A stretch of DNA of 64,000 nucleotides from Bigelowiella natans CCMP2755 (Eukaryota; Protista; Cercozoa): the NCBI GenBank assembly GCA_000320545.1, contig ADNK01001385.1:1-64000 (forward strand), in the 5' to 3' direction. A program made the translations under genes and the position numbers. This document shows, one piece after another, positions 38,880 to 51,703 of this stretch. A model generated the notes under the pieces. That model was not told where the DNA came from, did not search any database, and was given only the letters and a program-made list of their open reading frames with translations. The first letter of the stretch is position 1. The number at the start of each line of letters is the position of its first letter.

Positions 38880-40100
38880 ACGAAGTGCACACGTTGTGTC
38901 TGTGCAAGTCTGTTGCAAGACGAGCACATCATGTCCGCGCGCGGACAGAGACAACCTGTCTATCTTCTCGCAAATGGCATCCATGGAGCACTTGTGATGG
39001 TGCCATGCATGCTAGCATGTGCAGCGTGTCCACCAATGCAGTGAAATCAGTGGCACAGCATGCCCTCTGGCCCTGCTGTGCGCGTGTGATACAGCTCATT
39101 GCTCCAGCACGTGCCAGCGCTGGAGCGTGTGGCGACTGATCAAACTGTGCGAAGTGACGAGGGTTCCAGCGCAGCTCATTGTGATCTATAGATCATTCCT
39201 GCGGAAGCAAAATCAAGTCTAGAAGTGTTTGCGTCCAATTCACCTTGATGGGCCATTCCAGCATTCCACTCTTTGGCGTGCTCCAGTCTAATGAGCAGCG
39301 CCTAACAATGCCACACGTGGTACAACCTGGTGTCAACCCCAAGCTGGCTGTTTGCGATGCTGTTCAGTTGCGTGCGAGACTTGCCATCCCGGAGCCATCG
39401 ACAACTTCTTCAAACTCACACCCTTGCTAGCTTGCTCCTCCTGCAGCTTCTTCATCTTCAGCAGGTGAGTGGACTTCAACAGAAGGTGAGTGGACTTCAA
39501 CGTCCTCACAAGCCTTTGTCTGGGTTCTTCGCTGTTTGACAATTCAAAGGGGACACTGACGATCTCCAGATCTGAGCCGTGATGTCATCATTCTTTCATT
39601 CACACATCAGACTGAAAGTGACGTCCCAATTTTGTGCAGGTCCTGCTTTGATTTGTCTCGTTGAAAACGAAAGCTAGAAAGCCAGGTTTCTCCAACTGCT
39701 TGAACCGCCCTGGCTCCCTGTGTTCTTCTTTTGCGGAAACCACCACTGCGTTCAGATGAGTGGAGCGAGCTGAGCCTCTTGAGATGCGAATTGTCAACGA
39801 ACAACCAAGTTGATCTTTCTATGTGTTCCGGTTTTCCCGACATGATGTCAACGAACCCCCCTTGGGATTCCCAGCACCAACTGAGGTGACAACGGACGTG
39901 GTGGAGGAGTCTCATCATTTCGGTCAAAAAAAGGATTGCCGCACAGTGCAATTGCAGGCGGTTTCTTGCCAGAACAGAACAGAACCTCTGTCACACAAAC
40001 AACAATTGCCAACGAGGACTCCATCAAGAGTGCATGGATGGCTGAACTACAGCAGGATCGCCAGTCTGGCGCTCCACCAAGTTCTCACCGTCAGAACTTT
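38880..40100. other. TpA-depleted degenerate intergenic tract (unidentified repeat or pseudogene)
   Basis: 39361-40080 has 4 TA in 720 bp by manual count, all preceded by C (2 CTAG, CTAT, CTAC). Contains a 21-bp duplication at 39463-39501. Confidence 0.8.
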
Positions 40101-40212
40101 CACATAACAGGTGAGACCGAGCAACGAAAGCAGTAGAGGTGATCTTCATTGCTTTTGATGTGTGTAAGGCGGCAGGAACTGCAATGTAATTCATGACATT
40201 AAAAATCTTGAA

Positions 40213-43200
40213 ATGAAGAAAAACATCCTCTGCATGTGCATCGTGGGTCAGAGAGGTATGAAAGATTTAATTGTGGAATTCATCAATTGTTGTTCTGAAT
40301 ATGTATCATGTAATATTATGCAGTTTGGATTGCTTCAGAAGATGGTTCATAAATCTAAACAAAGATGCACTGTTCAAATGTTTAGCGTTCTAATGCGAAT
40401 GTTACGCAATTAGGTTCTGTATACATTTTGTGTGTTAACTCCGGAGAAATAGTTGTAAGTGATTCAATTTGTGTTTTACAAATGGTCCCCTAAATCTAGA
40501 TAAAAGGCATCCAACTAAGTTTCACCTCTCATGAACTAATGATATTTCAAGGCTGAGCTTCGTGGAGATTCAGTTGTCAGAAGAGTTGCATCGAATTCAA
40601 GGGCATTGCCAGAAGAAAAAGTCTCAAATAATAAAGCTTTCCATGTGAATGCAATTGCACATCGGAAGGGAGCCATTGACGTTCTTCTCGGTTGTTCCGA
40701 TGGGTCAGATTCTTTCGCAAGAATTTTGTGAGAGTTACAAATCTTATGCTTGTGAATACGTCATGGACTTTCGAGCATGTAGTACTGCGATATTTATTTG
40801 GATTTTATGCACAGGTTTCTTCGATGGTATCGACCATCGGTTGATATTAATTCGCCGTCAAGCTTCGACTATCAATTAGTGCAGAAAAAGCTCTTACATG
40901 GATGTGAAATTCGATGTGTTGTGAAAAGTACGGTTATCGACGATAACGGACAATGTTCCTTTTGGACTGCAGGTAAAAGAAGAACGAAGAAATTATCTAC
41001 TCGATTTCTCTTTCCGAACAATTTGTATTATAGGCGACGATGGCCAAATTATCGAAAATGGCACTAGGAAAGTAGGCGTAGGTCTCTTACTCGTAAACAT
41101 AAGATACACCGTTTATTATTTTCTCTAAGAATCTAATTTTCCCATTGTTCTTGCGATTTAGGTAACAATGTTTGCATAGCAGCACTATTCCATGATCCTA
41201 AGACAAACCTTCTCTGGTCTGGAGCAAAAGGGAGTATCCAAATTTGGAAGGCAATGCGACTCTTTAAAGACTACATGTATCTGAAATTCTGAGATTAATG
41301 CCTATTGTATCTTTAAAAGGTTCCATTCGTTGACGAAAGTATTTCAAAATTTCTGGATAGAGACAAAAATGAAGTGGATTCTAGATTGAGTGACAATTTA
41401 CACAGAGTTGAGATTCAAGATGTTCATCATGGCACAGATGTGAGATGTATGATAGGAACTGAAAAACATGTATGGACTGGAGGACAGGATGGCGTTGTTA
41501 CAGGTGTACGAGAATATCAGCATTTATTTCTAAGTCAGCGGATATCAATATATTTGCAGTATGGGATCGAAAGTCCATGCAGAAGATAGTTGAAGTGAAG
41601 GCACACGAAAAGTTTGGAGTTACATGTATGGCACAGGTAAAGTAAAGCAGATTCGCTTTCTTTAAATTATATCAATGTCATTTTCTTCTAGGCAAATGGA
41701 CTTGTTTGGACCGGGGGATCTCATGGTATCTATCGTGTTAATTAAGAAAATATTAATAAACCAGAAACAAATATCTTAGGGATATCAATCTGGAGTGCCG
41801 CGACCTTTGACTTAGTTGATAAGTTATCCTTACCTAAAGGCAACGTTACATGTATAAAAGCTTATGAAAAAGGGTACTATGACTACTATATATTTTCATA
41901 TCAATTTTAACTTTTTATGATCGAGCCTCCTAATGATAAACACATAATCGCAGCATGTGGATTGGGTCAAAATCCCATGGACGCTGCTACATTTACAGAA
42001 TTGACTCTTTAACTGCGACCTTTCATAGAGACTCCAGCTCGAGAGGTCCGTCAGTGGAAAGAAATTCTCTGAATAATTATGAACAGGGAATGAACTTAGA
42101 GGTCGAGAGGCATAAGAAAGTGCCGAAAAAAAAATCAACGTTGCAGCAGGAACAAGAACAACATTTTGCACTACAAAATTTAAAACCCCGAATGAGTACG
42201 AAAATTGAAAAATTTAGGCAGCTAAAATGTATTTATATATTTATTTTGCATAATTACAATTGTATGTATGTCTCTGTGTAATCATATACCAATATATCAT
42301 ATGCACACACTCAGGTCTACCAGGAGAAGGTCAACCTCCAGATACCCCAGGTAAGGGACATGAAGCTATCTCTCAGAAAGGCGAGCATAGGAATACTGCT
42401 TCAATTTCAGCGAACAAAGTTACCTTTGCAGAACGTGACACTAATATAGCTGACCTCATCGTAAGAGAAAGTGCAAGCGAATCTTCCCAGCAGGTAAAAT
42501 AAAACGTGTATGTACATGTGTGGTATTCTCACTAACCATGAAATATACTTATTTTAACTTACGATATTTTGGTTATGTGGAGTAGACACATTCGACCGCA
42601 ACTACAGAATTGATTCGTAGTTTCACTGCCTCAAATTCCAGTTCGTCATGTCGAAGATGTCGTAGATTAGCTCGAAAGGCAGCATCGTATGAAAGAAAAC
42701 TAGGACGTGTGGTTATGGAACTTTCAGAGACACGTCGGGAGCGTGATTCTAATAGAGCAACTGCAGCAAGGCTTGCTGACCGCCTTGATGAAGCATTAAA
42801 GTCGGTTGCCGAGCTTCAGAGGGAAATGAAGTACATTGAAAATAATGACATTGTGGAAAACACCTTAGACAAACTAATTCAACGAGCTGGAGAAAGAACT
42901 GAAGAATTCGTATCTTCAATGGGTTGGGGAGCTGTAGGATTCGGGTCTTCGGTTGGTGGATTTCTTATAATGCACGCTCAGTCCCATTCTCCTATTTTAC
43001 ATGGAGTTGCCTGTTCAGCAGTACGTGGTGTTATTAGTAACTTTGGAACTAGACAAAATACGGAAGGAATATTGAATGTACTTCTTCAACGCGAAAGTGC
43101 TTTAGCTGCGGATGGACCCTTCATAAGAGTCTGCGCGTTACTCGGCTCTCTTGGATTTTCGCATATGTATATGCTAGCTAGTGCACAGATGAAAAGGGCA

Positions 43201-43392
43201 CGAAAAAGGCATTATAGGAAACTTTTAGGGGATGTTCAGAATGGAATGTTAATTGATCGCGAAACTGGTGAGGATCCCAACCAAGCCTTAGTTCCTTTAC
43301 TTCTTTTTACATCCGCTAGTTGGTTAGCTCTCGGTTTAACTCTTGGATGGTGGACTTCTGAACAAAAAAAAAATGAAACATCCACACGCTAA
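40213..43392 (+). CDS. WD40-like beta-propeller protein with coiled coil and C-terminal hydrophobic helices, multi-exon
   Basis: Repeated blades: ILCMCIVGQR..VWIASEDGSV, IRCVV..FWTAG.DGQI, LLWSGAKGSIQIWK, VRCMIGTEKHVWTGGQDGVVTVWD, VTCMAQANGLVWTGGSHG.ISIWS. Last exon is ORF 42610-43392. Confidence 0.75.
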
Positions 43393-43884
43393 TGTTCATT
43401 GATAATCAAGTAATTGGTCTGATAATTTTTCATTCATTTCAAATTACTCGCTCTAGCACTAGAGAGCTCTGGCAAGTTGAAAACACTAGAAGAGAGTGTT
43501 CATTCTTTGATTTTCTGAGTCTGGACGCATGCTAGCATGTTCTTGTTGTCTAGTCGCGTGTAGTGGTCTAGGAACAGCTTCACAAATGAGTGACAGCTTA
43601 GCTGCCCAGCTAGACAGGCCGCCGCGGAGCAATGAATTGGTTTGAAACTGTGCGCTGCGCAAAACCGAGATGAGCACTCACAAAACAATTTTGTGCAGCT
43701 TGCAGCAAGCAACATTATTAGCAGTGCGCAGTGCAACAACCCTGCTTCCTCATGCATGCGATTTAAACAATGAATGTAGTTGCATTTTCCATCAGATTTT
43801 CTTTCACATGATGGAAATAAAATCGCAATGGTGTACATGCATCTGAATCATCATGTTTGTTCAAGAGTTATGTGAAAAGCTCTT

Positions 43885-46415
43885 CTAATCATGGAACACA
43901 CACAAAGGAACCACAGAAGGCCTACCATGAGCACAAATAAAGGGAAAGTTACACTGTTTCAAATTATTGATGATCTTCGTGATCTGAAATGTTGATAAAC
44001 TTTTTCCAAACATGATTGCTCCACGACAAGCTTTGGACTTTAATATTCGTCTTATAGCCGGAGGACGTACACAGTTAGAACTAACTGTTCTTTTCTTTGA
44101 TAGGTTGTACATTGTGTTAAGGAAATCTTTCAGATCAGTGCTAGATAATGACACTCCCATTACAATTGGTACAGCAAAAATTAAAGCTCCATTGTAATTC
44201 ACCTTGTTAGTATCACCCTGTGTTTCATAAAGTGAATACTCAAATCCCCACTTTCTAATTTCATATTTGTGTTCTTTCATCAGCTGTGCTTCGTCATGGG
44301 TCAGGAAAAGTTTCTCTGGCGTTTCCAGTCGATGTATCTTAAGAGAGAATGTACTCTGATTTTGGTCAATTTTCTTCATCATGTCTTCTAGTCTTATTCT
44401 TTCATCCGCTGAATTGTGACATAGCTTTTGTTAGTTTGCTCCACGTGATATATTACATGCTACTACATACATACCTGCATGCTGATCAACAGCTATAAGC
44501 AATCCATTTTCTTTCACATACAGGATCAAATATTTATTGTCTACCTGTCCTATCACCCTTGAATCACTTAACATTTTTTTGGTGATCTTTGTTGATACAA
44601 TGGAGATTGGTCTATTCATAGAATGTTTTTTACTTTGTTTTGATCTCTTAAACGCAGCAATTTTGAAATTTCCGATATAATTCCGTATTGATTGAGGAGG
44701 AAGAGTAGTGAATCGAATGTCAGCTTGTCTACTATCCCAAAATCCTCGGTTCTCATCGGGAAAGTCGAGAGTAAAGTCAAAGCCTTTCACTTCTATCGAT
44801 GTATGTCTCAGATTTTCTCTAACAGGTTCCAAAATAGGTTGATTCTGCTCCCGTTTCATCGATGAAAACGGTGCCTTCGTTAATGACGTAGCAAGTTGGG
44901 GTATTTTGCATGAGAAAGAAAAATTGTCTTTGCCGTTGATTGGTAGTTCAAATTCCTCCAGGTTGATTTCATCTTTTTTAGATTTTGTAACTGAAACAAA
45001 AGAATCGTCTTTGGTACACGTTCCACGCATCTTTCCTGAGAAAATCTTGACTTGAGAACCCTTGTAATTAGAAGCTACTCTCAAAGGAGTCTTATTGACT
45101 TTGAAGGAGGAAAAGCTGGGATGAGATCGCATAAGACTTGATCTAGGATAGAATGTTGATGTTGAAAACAGTTGTAATTCTCTATGCTTGGAAATAATCC
45201 CTGAATGAATAGCATCGAAAATGGATTGCAAGATTCCATCTTTATTTTGTAACAAAAAACTATCATGGGAGTTTCTTGAAATACATTTTTTAGTTTCAAG
45301 CTGGAGAAAGAAGACGAAATTTCCCTTCTCATTAGTATTTCCCAACGATGATGGTTTACTGTTATTGACCGTCTTTAGCCCAGGTTTCTCCATTACTATA
45401 AGTTGCTTTCGATAGTTGCTGAGAAGTAAGCAAACAAATTGCGAAATATCGTGGCCTCGAGAGATTGAATAGCCATTAAGATAGATAACTTGTCGTTCAC
45501 TCGATGCTATGACTACAGATGGAGAGAGTAAAACGCCTTGAATTGAACAGCAATTGTCATTGATAAGGTTTCCAAAAACATCAAGAACATATCGTGAAAA
45601 TAGGGATCCTAGAATATCTTCAATTCGAAGGGAGCTTGTATCTCGTTTCGGGAGGAAAATAGGTTGACGATCCTTAATCTTAAGAGTGAAGTATACCCAA
45701 TGGAATATGATTGATATGTTTTCAAAGGATCTGATGCATAAGGACAGATTTGTTCGGTTGAATTTTCAGCAAGAAGAAGGATATATTACGTTATCATTAA
45801 AATTCACATCACCGACGCATCTTCTTCAGAGTATTATCTTTGTTATAAATCATCTTTCTTCGGATAGGTAGTTGAAAATATAAATCTTCGATCTAAAAGG
45901 GAATATTTTGTAAGCTTATGTATGATGTACGAAAAGGTAATGCTCGAATTTAACCAAGCCATCATTGCCTCTGCCATCTCAACCTTAACTGTAGTTCCAG
46001 AAGATTCAACTTGAGGTAATGAGCGTTCCTTCATTATCTTGTTCCCACGCACAATAATTTCGAATCCGTGGAGCTCATTTTCAGGATAGCTGCGTATTGT
46101 CATGCAACTGAGGGTCGCTAGATGAACAAGGCTTCCAGTTTGGTCATAGACAGAATTAGTTTTCGGGAATAAAGATGATATAAGCTTGGCCTTCGAAATA
46201 CCTCTGCCATTGTCCACAATGCGAATGTCACCATTTGACAAATCTTGAGATCTGTCATCCATATGCAAAATGACTTCGACCCTCTGAGCACCTCCTTGAA
46301 CGCTGTTCTGTATGAGCTTGACTAATATGTCAGCTGGTTCTCGGAATATCTGTGATGCGGAAAGAAAATTCGCGGTAGCTCTTGAGAGCCGTTTGATGGA
46401 CGTTGGAGCGGACAT
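43885..46415 (-). CDS. MLH3: MutL homolog MLH3 (MutL-gamma endonuclease subunit)
   Basis: VIGQVDNKYL, AVDQHA|ADERIRLE metal-binding motif, SKACRGAIMFG, CNFPFICAHGRPS. N-terminal GHKL-like fold with IVDNGRGI and SSGTTV. Confidence 0.9.
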
Positions 46416-46834
46416 TTCAAGTTTTGACGAAGCTTGAAGATAATGAAGACCGCCTTTAGAAAAAAGCAGGACATTTTACCCCTACGTCTTTGGGATTCTC
46501 AACATAAGCTTTCATTGGACATTTATTGTGTCGCAAGACGAGAAATCCAGTCGCTGAAGAATTTGCGTGTTCGTAATCAACGGAAGAATTGCTGTGCAGT
46601 CTGGTCCTGAGACAGCACAAAAAGCCTTCATTTTTCGAATATTGCTTGTATCATCAAACATACTTTTTCGGAAAAGGAAAAAAAATATTTGAGAAACGCA
46701 GGAACAAAGATACCCAAAATCTGTTTGGACAGTTTGGGTAAGGTGGTGAGGTGACCACAAAATCTTCCTTTTCTGCCACTTCACTTGATCTAACGGAGAG
46801 GGGGGCCTATTCTTTTGCTCTAACCCACCAGATC

Positions 46835-48334
46835 ATGTTCGAAGATATTGAGAGGAAAAAGAAAGAAAACCCTGGAATTCTTGGTGAAGCATACTTTGTT
46901 GGAAGACGTGCATTACTTGCATGGTATCATGTCATTGTTAACCAGAATACATGTAATTCGTATTTCTAAAGACCTCTTTGACTGTAGTTAATAATTATTG
47001 CCAGGGTTAATGAGCTATTAGATGAGGAATATACTAAAGTTGAGCAAATGGCGTCTGGTGTTGCTTATTGTCAGGTCGGTAGTGCAACAAAAATTACAAA
47101 AACGAATAAATCTTCTGATTTGCTCAAACTTTTAATGCAGATACTAGACGCGATTTTTCCGGGAAGGGTGCCCATGTCAAAAGTTTTGTTCAAGCCAAGA
47201 AACGATGGAGATTGGGTTAAAAACTTTAGAATTCTTCAGAAGGTCTTCGACAAAGAAAATGTTACCAAGCCTATTCCAAGTACAGTACTAAGAGTATTAT
47301 AACTGCAAAAAACTTGCACCTCTCATAGCTCAATACTTTTTCTAGTCATGAAACTGATTAAGGCAAAGTATCAGGACAATCTAGAGTTTATGCAATGGAT
47401 GAAGGTACAAAGTATAAAATGGAATTGAGTGTATTACTATAATACTGTGTTATATGTTACTTGCAGAACTTCTTTGACGTGAGACACAGCGGAGAGCCAT
47501 ATGATGCTGCAGGAAGAAAAAGAGCGGCACTTAAGAAACAAAAAAGTGGCAAGTAATGGTCCATCGATGGGATGTTTAGAAAATGATGAATATATGAACT
47601 TTAAAAGTCTACCTGCAACTGAATATAAATATCGTTGAAGGTCTTCAGCTCCTCCAAGCCCTTTTAAGTCAAGATCTCTAGCGCGTAAAAAGGAATCCAA
47701 GTCCCAAAATGGGACGCCAAAAAAAACTTCCAGTTCTAGAACTCCTCCACGATCTGCATCGGGTTCAAGAAGGCCTAATTCGGGCAGTACAAGGCCTACT
47801 TCTGGGACGAAAAGAAGCACAGGAAAATCAGCACGCGCCAGATCTCATGAGGGGAGCATCAACCTGCTGAAACAAAAAATTGAAGAAATGACTGTTCAAC
47901 TAGAGGATCAAAACGAGCATATCGAAGTTCTTGAAAAGGTACACTTCATTGACATGAACGAATTTCCATGTTCTACCAATCAGTCTCCCACAAAAGGGTA
48001 TGATCTGAACATAGGTCAACTAATCATATTGTACCCACCCCGGTAAAATAGGAGCGTATGTTCTATTATGGGAAACTACGGGAGATTGAGGAATTACTAC
48101 AGGTCTACATACAACCCATGCGTTATTTACAAAAATAATTATTTGCATCAAAATTAGAGTGATGAAGAACTCGAAAAGCAAAATATATTGGACATCCTAT
48201 ATCGCACCGATGAAGAAGGAACATTTGAAACGCCAGTTGATGATGAACTTGAAGCTGAAGAGGAACCTATTGACAGTGAAGAGGCCAGGGAACAGCATAA
48301 AGAAGGATCGGCAGAAGAGGTAGAAGAATATTAA
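46835..48334 (+). CDS. EB1: Microtubule end-binding protein EB1/RP family
   Basis: AYFVGRRALLAW|VN, KVEQMASGVAYCQ|ILD, LIKAKYQDNLEFMQWMK, EK|ERMFYYGKLREIEEL, ILDILYRTDE, and an acidic tail ending EEY*. Confidence 0.95.
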
Positions 48335-48739
48335 AATTCTTAAAGGATGTTTCAGCTCTTACAAGGATCGGTGGGTCTTCAAATATATACACATAATGAC
48401 TTTTATTTGAACATGAATAGAATGCTGGCCAAACAATGTCATTCTTTGTGGATTTGACTATGCTCGCCGATGTACTACTTCCTCTGTAATATGTACATGT
48501 ATCTCGATGTATGTTGTAAGAGTTTGAGAGGCTTATTTGCCACCAAGCCCAAATTGTGTGTACATCACGCTGGCTATTTGTCTGCGCAAGCAATTAGCGA
48601 TGTAAATACGAGCAAGCTATTGTTTTCGATACGTGGTTAAATCGCTGTCTCACACGCTAGCAGGTGCGCCAGGCTTATCTAGTCGTGGCAAAAGTCCAAA
48701 TTGTCACATTGGCCGAAATGAATGCACCAACTTGCTTGG

Positions 48740-49620
48740 AACACTTTGTGATAATCTAGCTAGCTAGCTAGCTAGACTTGTGAGACGGATGTAATGAACA
48801 AATTAAAAATTTTCAATGGTCATCCTGATGTAGCTGTGCAATGCAGCAGCTACAGCGCTGATGTTGTGTCTGTTGGTTTCTGCCACAATGTGTTTCATGC
48901 ATGTGAAAGCATCCTCTTTCGACCGATGATGGCGCGCATTGCGCGCAACAATTCTTGAATCTTTTTCAGCCTTTGTCAGCCGTTTGGTCTCGTCGTTGCG
49001 ATTCATGATTGCGCTCATTTGATTGCGCAATCTGATTTGTTGTTGACCATGTCTAGCATATGTTGGACATTGCAGGAGATGATCCATGTCCTTCAGGATG
49101 CCACATGCATCGCACGTGGCATCTGTCTCTAGCTAGACTTGTAGATGCGGAATTTCATGTGTCACATGCTAGCATGCACTACTCTTGTGCTAGACTTTTA
49201 CGGTGACATGGTTGTTCATCAAATTGGCTAGTTGGGGTGCACATCTAGACATGAAACACCCCCACCAGGCTAGCATGCAGGACATGTCAAAGACAACATG
49301 CAGACACATCTTTTTCGCACATCAAAGTTGCACAGCAACTGTCTAGCTGTGTTTTCTCTTAAGTGCTCTAGCAATGTGTTCATGCTAGCTAGCTAGCATG
49401 TAATGACGACATCCCACATAGACATGGACCATGTGGATTGCTAGATTGGTTGAAATTGGAATGACCACATGAAACAATCTAGCAATTGCTTCTAGCTGCT
49501 CAGGCATTTGCTCGATCATTCCACACGAGCTAGCGAGCTTCACTTCTAGACTTGTAGAAGTGCGTGACCATGCGAAGCGCATTGCTAACTCTAGAGCTAG
49601 CTAGATCTAGAGATCGCATG
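48740..49620 (-). mobile_element. Degenerate non-LTR retrotransposon 3' remnant within a TA-poor, CTAG-rich tract
   Basis: Minus strand ~49125-49055 reads ATCDACGILKDMDHLLQCPTYAR, a CCHC knuckle typical of LINE ORF2 C-termini. The upstream frame is disrupted. Confidence 0.55.
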
Positions 49621-49853
49621 TCACATTGCGAAGAGGTTGTGCAACGGGGATTCAAGGAACTCGGCGCTCTCATCAACAACCTGAACAGCATTGGACGACA
49701 TCGAGGTAGGACACGATTGATTTCTTAGAGCGTTTGTACAAGAAAGATGTGTATCACAGTTCATAGTTGGTTGGGAGGTTGATGCTTCGCGGACAAATCC
49801 TGCATTTGTCTTTTCAGCCTTTTTTCAATTGACGAGGTATCACTGTCCCTGCA

Positions 49854-50510
49854 TCATGATTTAGACTTACTTACTTTTATAGATCCTAATTTGCGAGACG
49901 AGGAGAACTTTCTTTGAGAAGGGGACTTTGACGTACTTTTAGAAGGGGGTTTGATCTTCTTCGAGAGGGGGGCTTTGATTTTCCTTTGGAAGATGTTTTG
50001 GGATTCTGGCTTCCTTTCAAAAACATGTTGAGCTCCGCATCTCGGATCTTTTATTCCATCTGAGCTGGAGCTAATCTCTCTGGCTTCCACTTTGTGGTAT
50101 TTTCTATCAAGAGGTTGCTGTTCACTCCTTTTTTTCTTTTCGGCTCCTTTTTTAAGAATCGCATCATAAACTTTAACGTATGAGCAGGCCTTGTCAGGAT
50201 AAGATGGAAACCTATCAGTCGCCTTGGAGTGCACCAGCTCCTCGCCTACAATGATTTCAAACTTCCCTGCACCTCTGATCACGTGTATGGATGAAATGTC
50301 CTTCTACTCGAATAGTTCATGGCAAAGGCTGTGAGGATCAGTTACCACATCCCATGCATCAGTGCATCAGAGCAGTCCTCTATCGCAAGGCGTACTTTTG
50401 CACTTTTGCATTGGCTTGCGTCCGCCCTTTGTAGAATAGTATGTACTTTACTCTGTTCCATTCTGGCAATGAGCCACTGCGAAGAGTGCCGCACTTCTTC
50501 GACTTGCATT
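49854..50510 (-). CDS. Rdx (SelW/SelT/SelH)-like fold protein with basic low-complexity tail
   Basis: GAGKFEIIVGEELVHSKATDRFP matches the Rdx G-x-F-E-[IV]-x-V...L-[VI]-[HF]-S-K...FP motif. No CxxC/CxxU found; start uncertain. Confidence 0.5.
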
Positions 50511-50998
50511 CACCTTTGCCCCATCCTTCTGCCTTCCTGGAGTTAATATCGGATGGGAAGGAAAGGAAAAACCGGAGGAAAAACCGTGTGTGTTGTGGCA
50601 GTCTAGTCGTCAATGCATTAAGCAGCGTCATTAAAGTAGATCTAGTTGTCGCAGATAAAAAATGTCCTAAGATTAGCTTACATGCGCGTTACCTTCTTAT
50701 TTTTAGCTTTTTTAGGGTCATTCTCCGTCACACTAGATCTATTCTTGATGAGATATTTTAGACACAGCCGTTACATGAATTCAGATTTATGACGTCGACG
50801 GTTTATTTTGGAAACTGCCCATCCATATATCCATATCCATTTGGAATGCAAAATCTTAGTCCATTCCTACAATAATCACTTTATGCCAGTCAGTGCCAGC
50901 GATACGTGCGTAGATATTTATCATTTTATTAGTTAATAGTCACATTTCAAAGGCATCCTCACCACAGCTCCCCAACTCACGGCCTCTTACCTCCAAAG

Positions 50999-51213
50999 AT
51001 GAAGTTCATGATTACTTACGAGATTCCTCAGGACAAATACCTCCCAACCATGTCTGCTTTTGGCGCCATGAGCGTCGAGGTGACACCATTTCTAATCACA
51101 TCCACGCACGCTTTCAATCATTCTATTTTTTTTTTATGACATTTTTTTCACAAATATTTTGTTACACACAAACTCATCTTTAGAAAACCGTGGTTTTGCA
51201 TTTGCGCTTGTGC

Positions 51214-51254
<41 letters not shown>

Positions 51255-51703
51255 AGCATCGAAGGGACCAGTTTGAAAATTTTCCTCATTTCGCTGAGCC
51301 AGTCATTCATTTCCGAACTGACCCGCAGGACGACAAGAAGGACATGGGCCCAGACATCAAACTTCTGGGCCGTTACCATGACCTAGCAGGCAAAAGAGGC
51401 TGGGCTATCGTTGAAGCTGCAACCTTGGAAATCGTGTCTGCGGTGAGATTTCAACATTTCCCATGTTTTCTCTCACGTACATGCATTGCATGTCATTCGG
51501 GTGTGCTGACGCTGTTAGAATTCGCTAGAAACACCTTCACAACTACGTCCTATTTCTAATATTATTTTTGTGTGTCACGTTATGTGTGCATCTAGTGGGG
51601 CCTCAACTGGGCAGGAGCGTGTCAAATAACCTGTACTCCCGTCCTCGATGACAAGTCTGCCCGAGCCGTGCTCTCTTCCCATCCGTTGTGCAAAAAAAAA
51701 TAG
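50999..51703 (+). CDS. DUF3303 family small protein, 3 exons
   Basis: MKFMITYEIPQDKY..|DDKKDMGPDIKLLGRYHDLAGKRGWAIVEA..|WGLNWAGACQITCTPVLDDKSARA. Confidence 0.75.
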
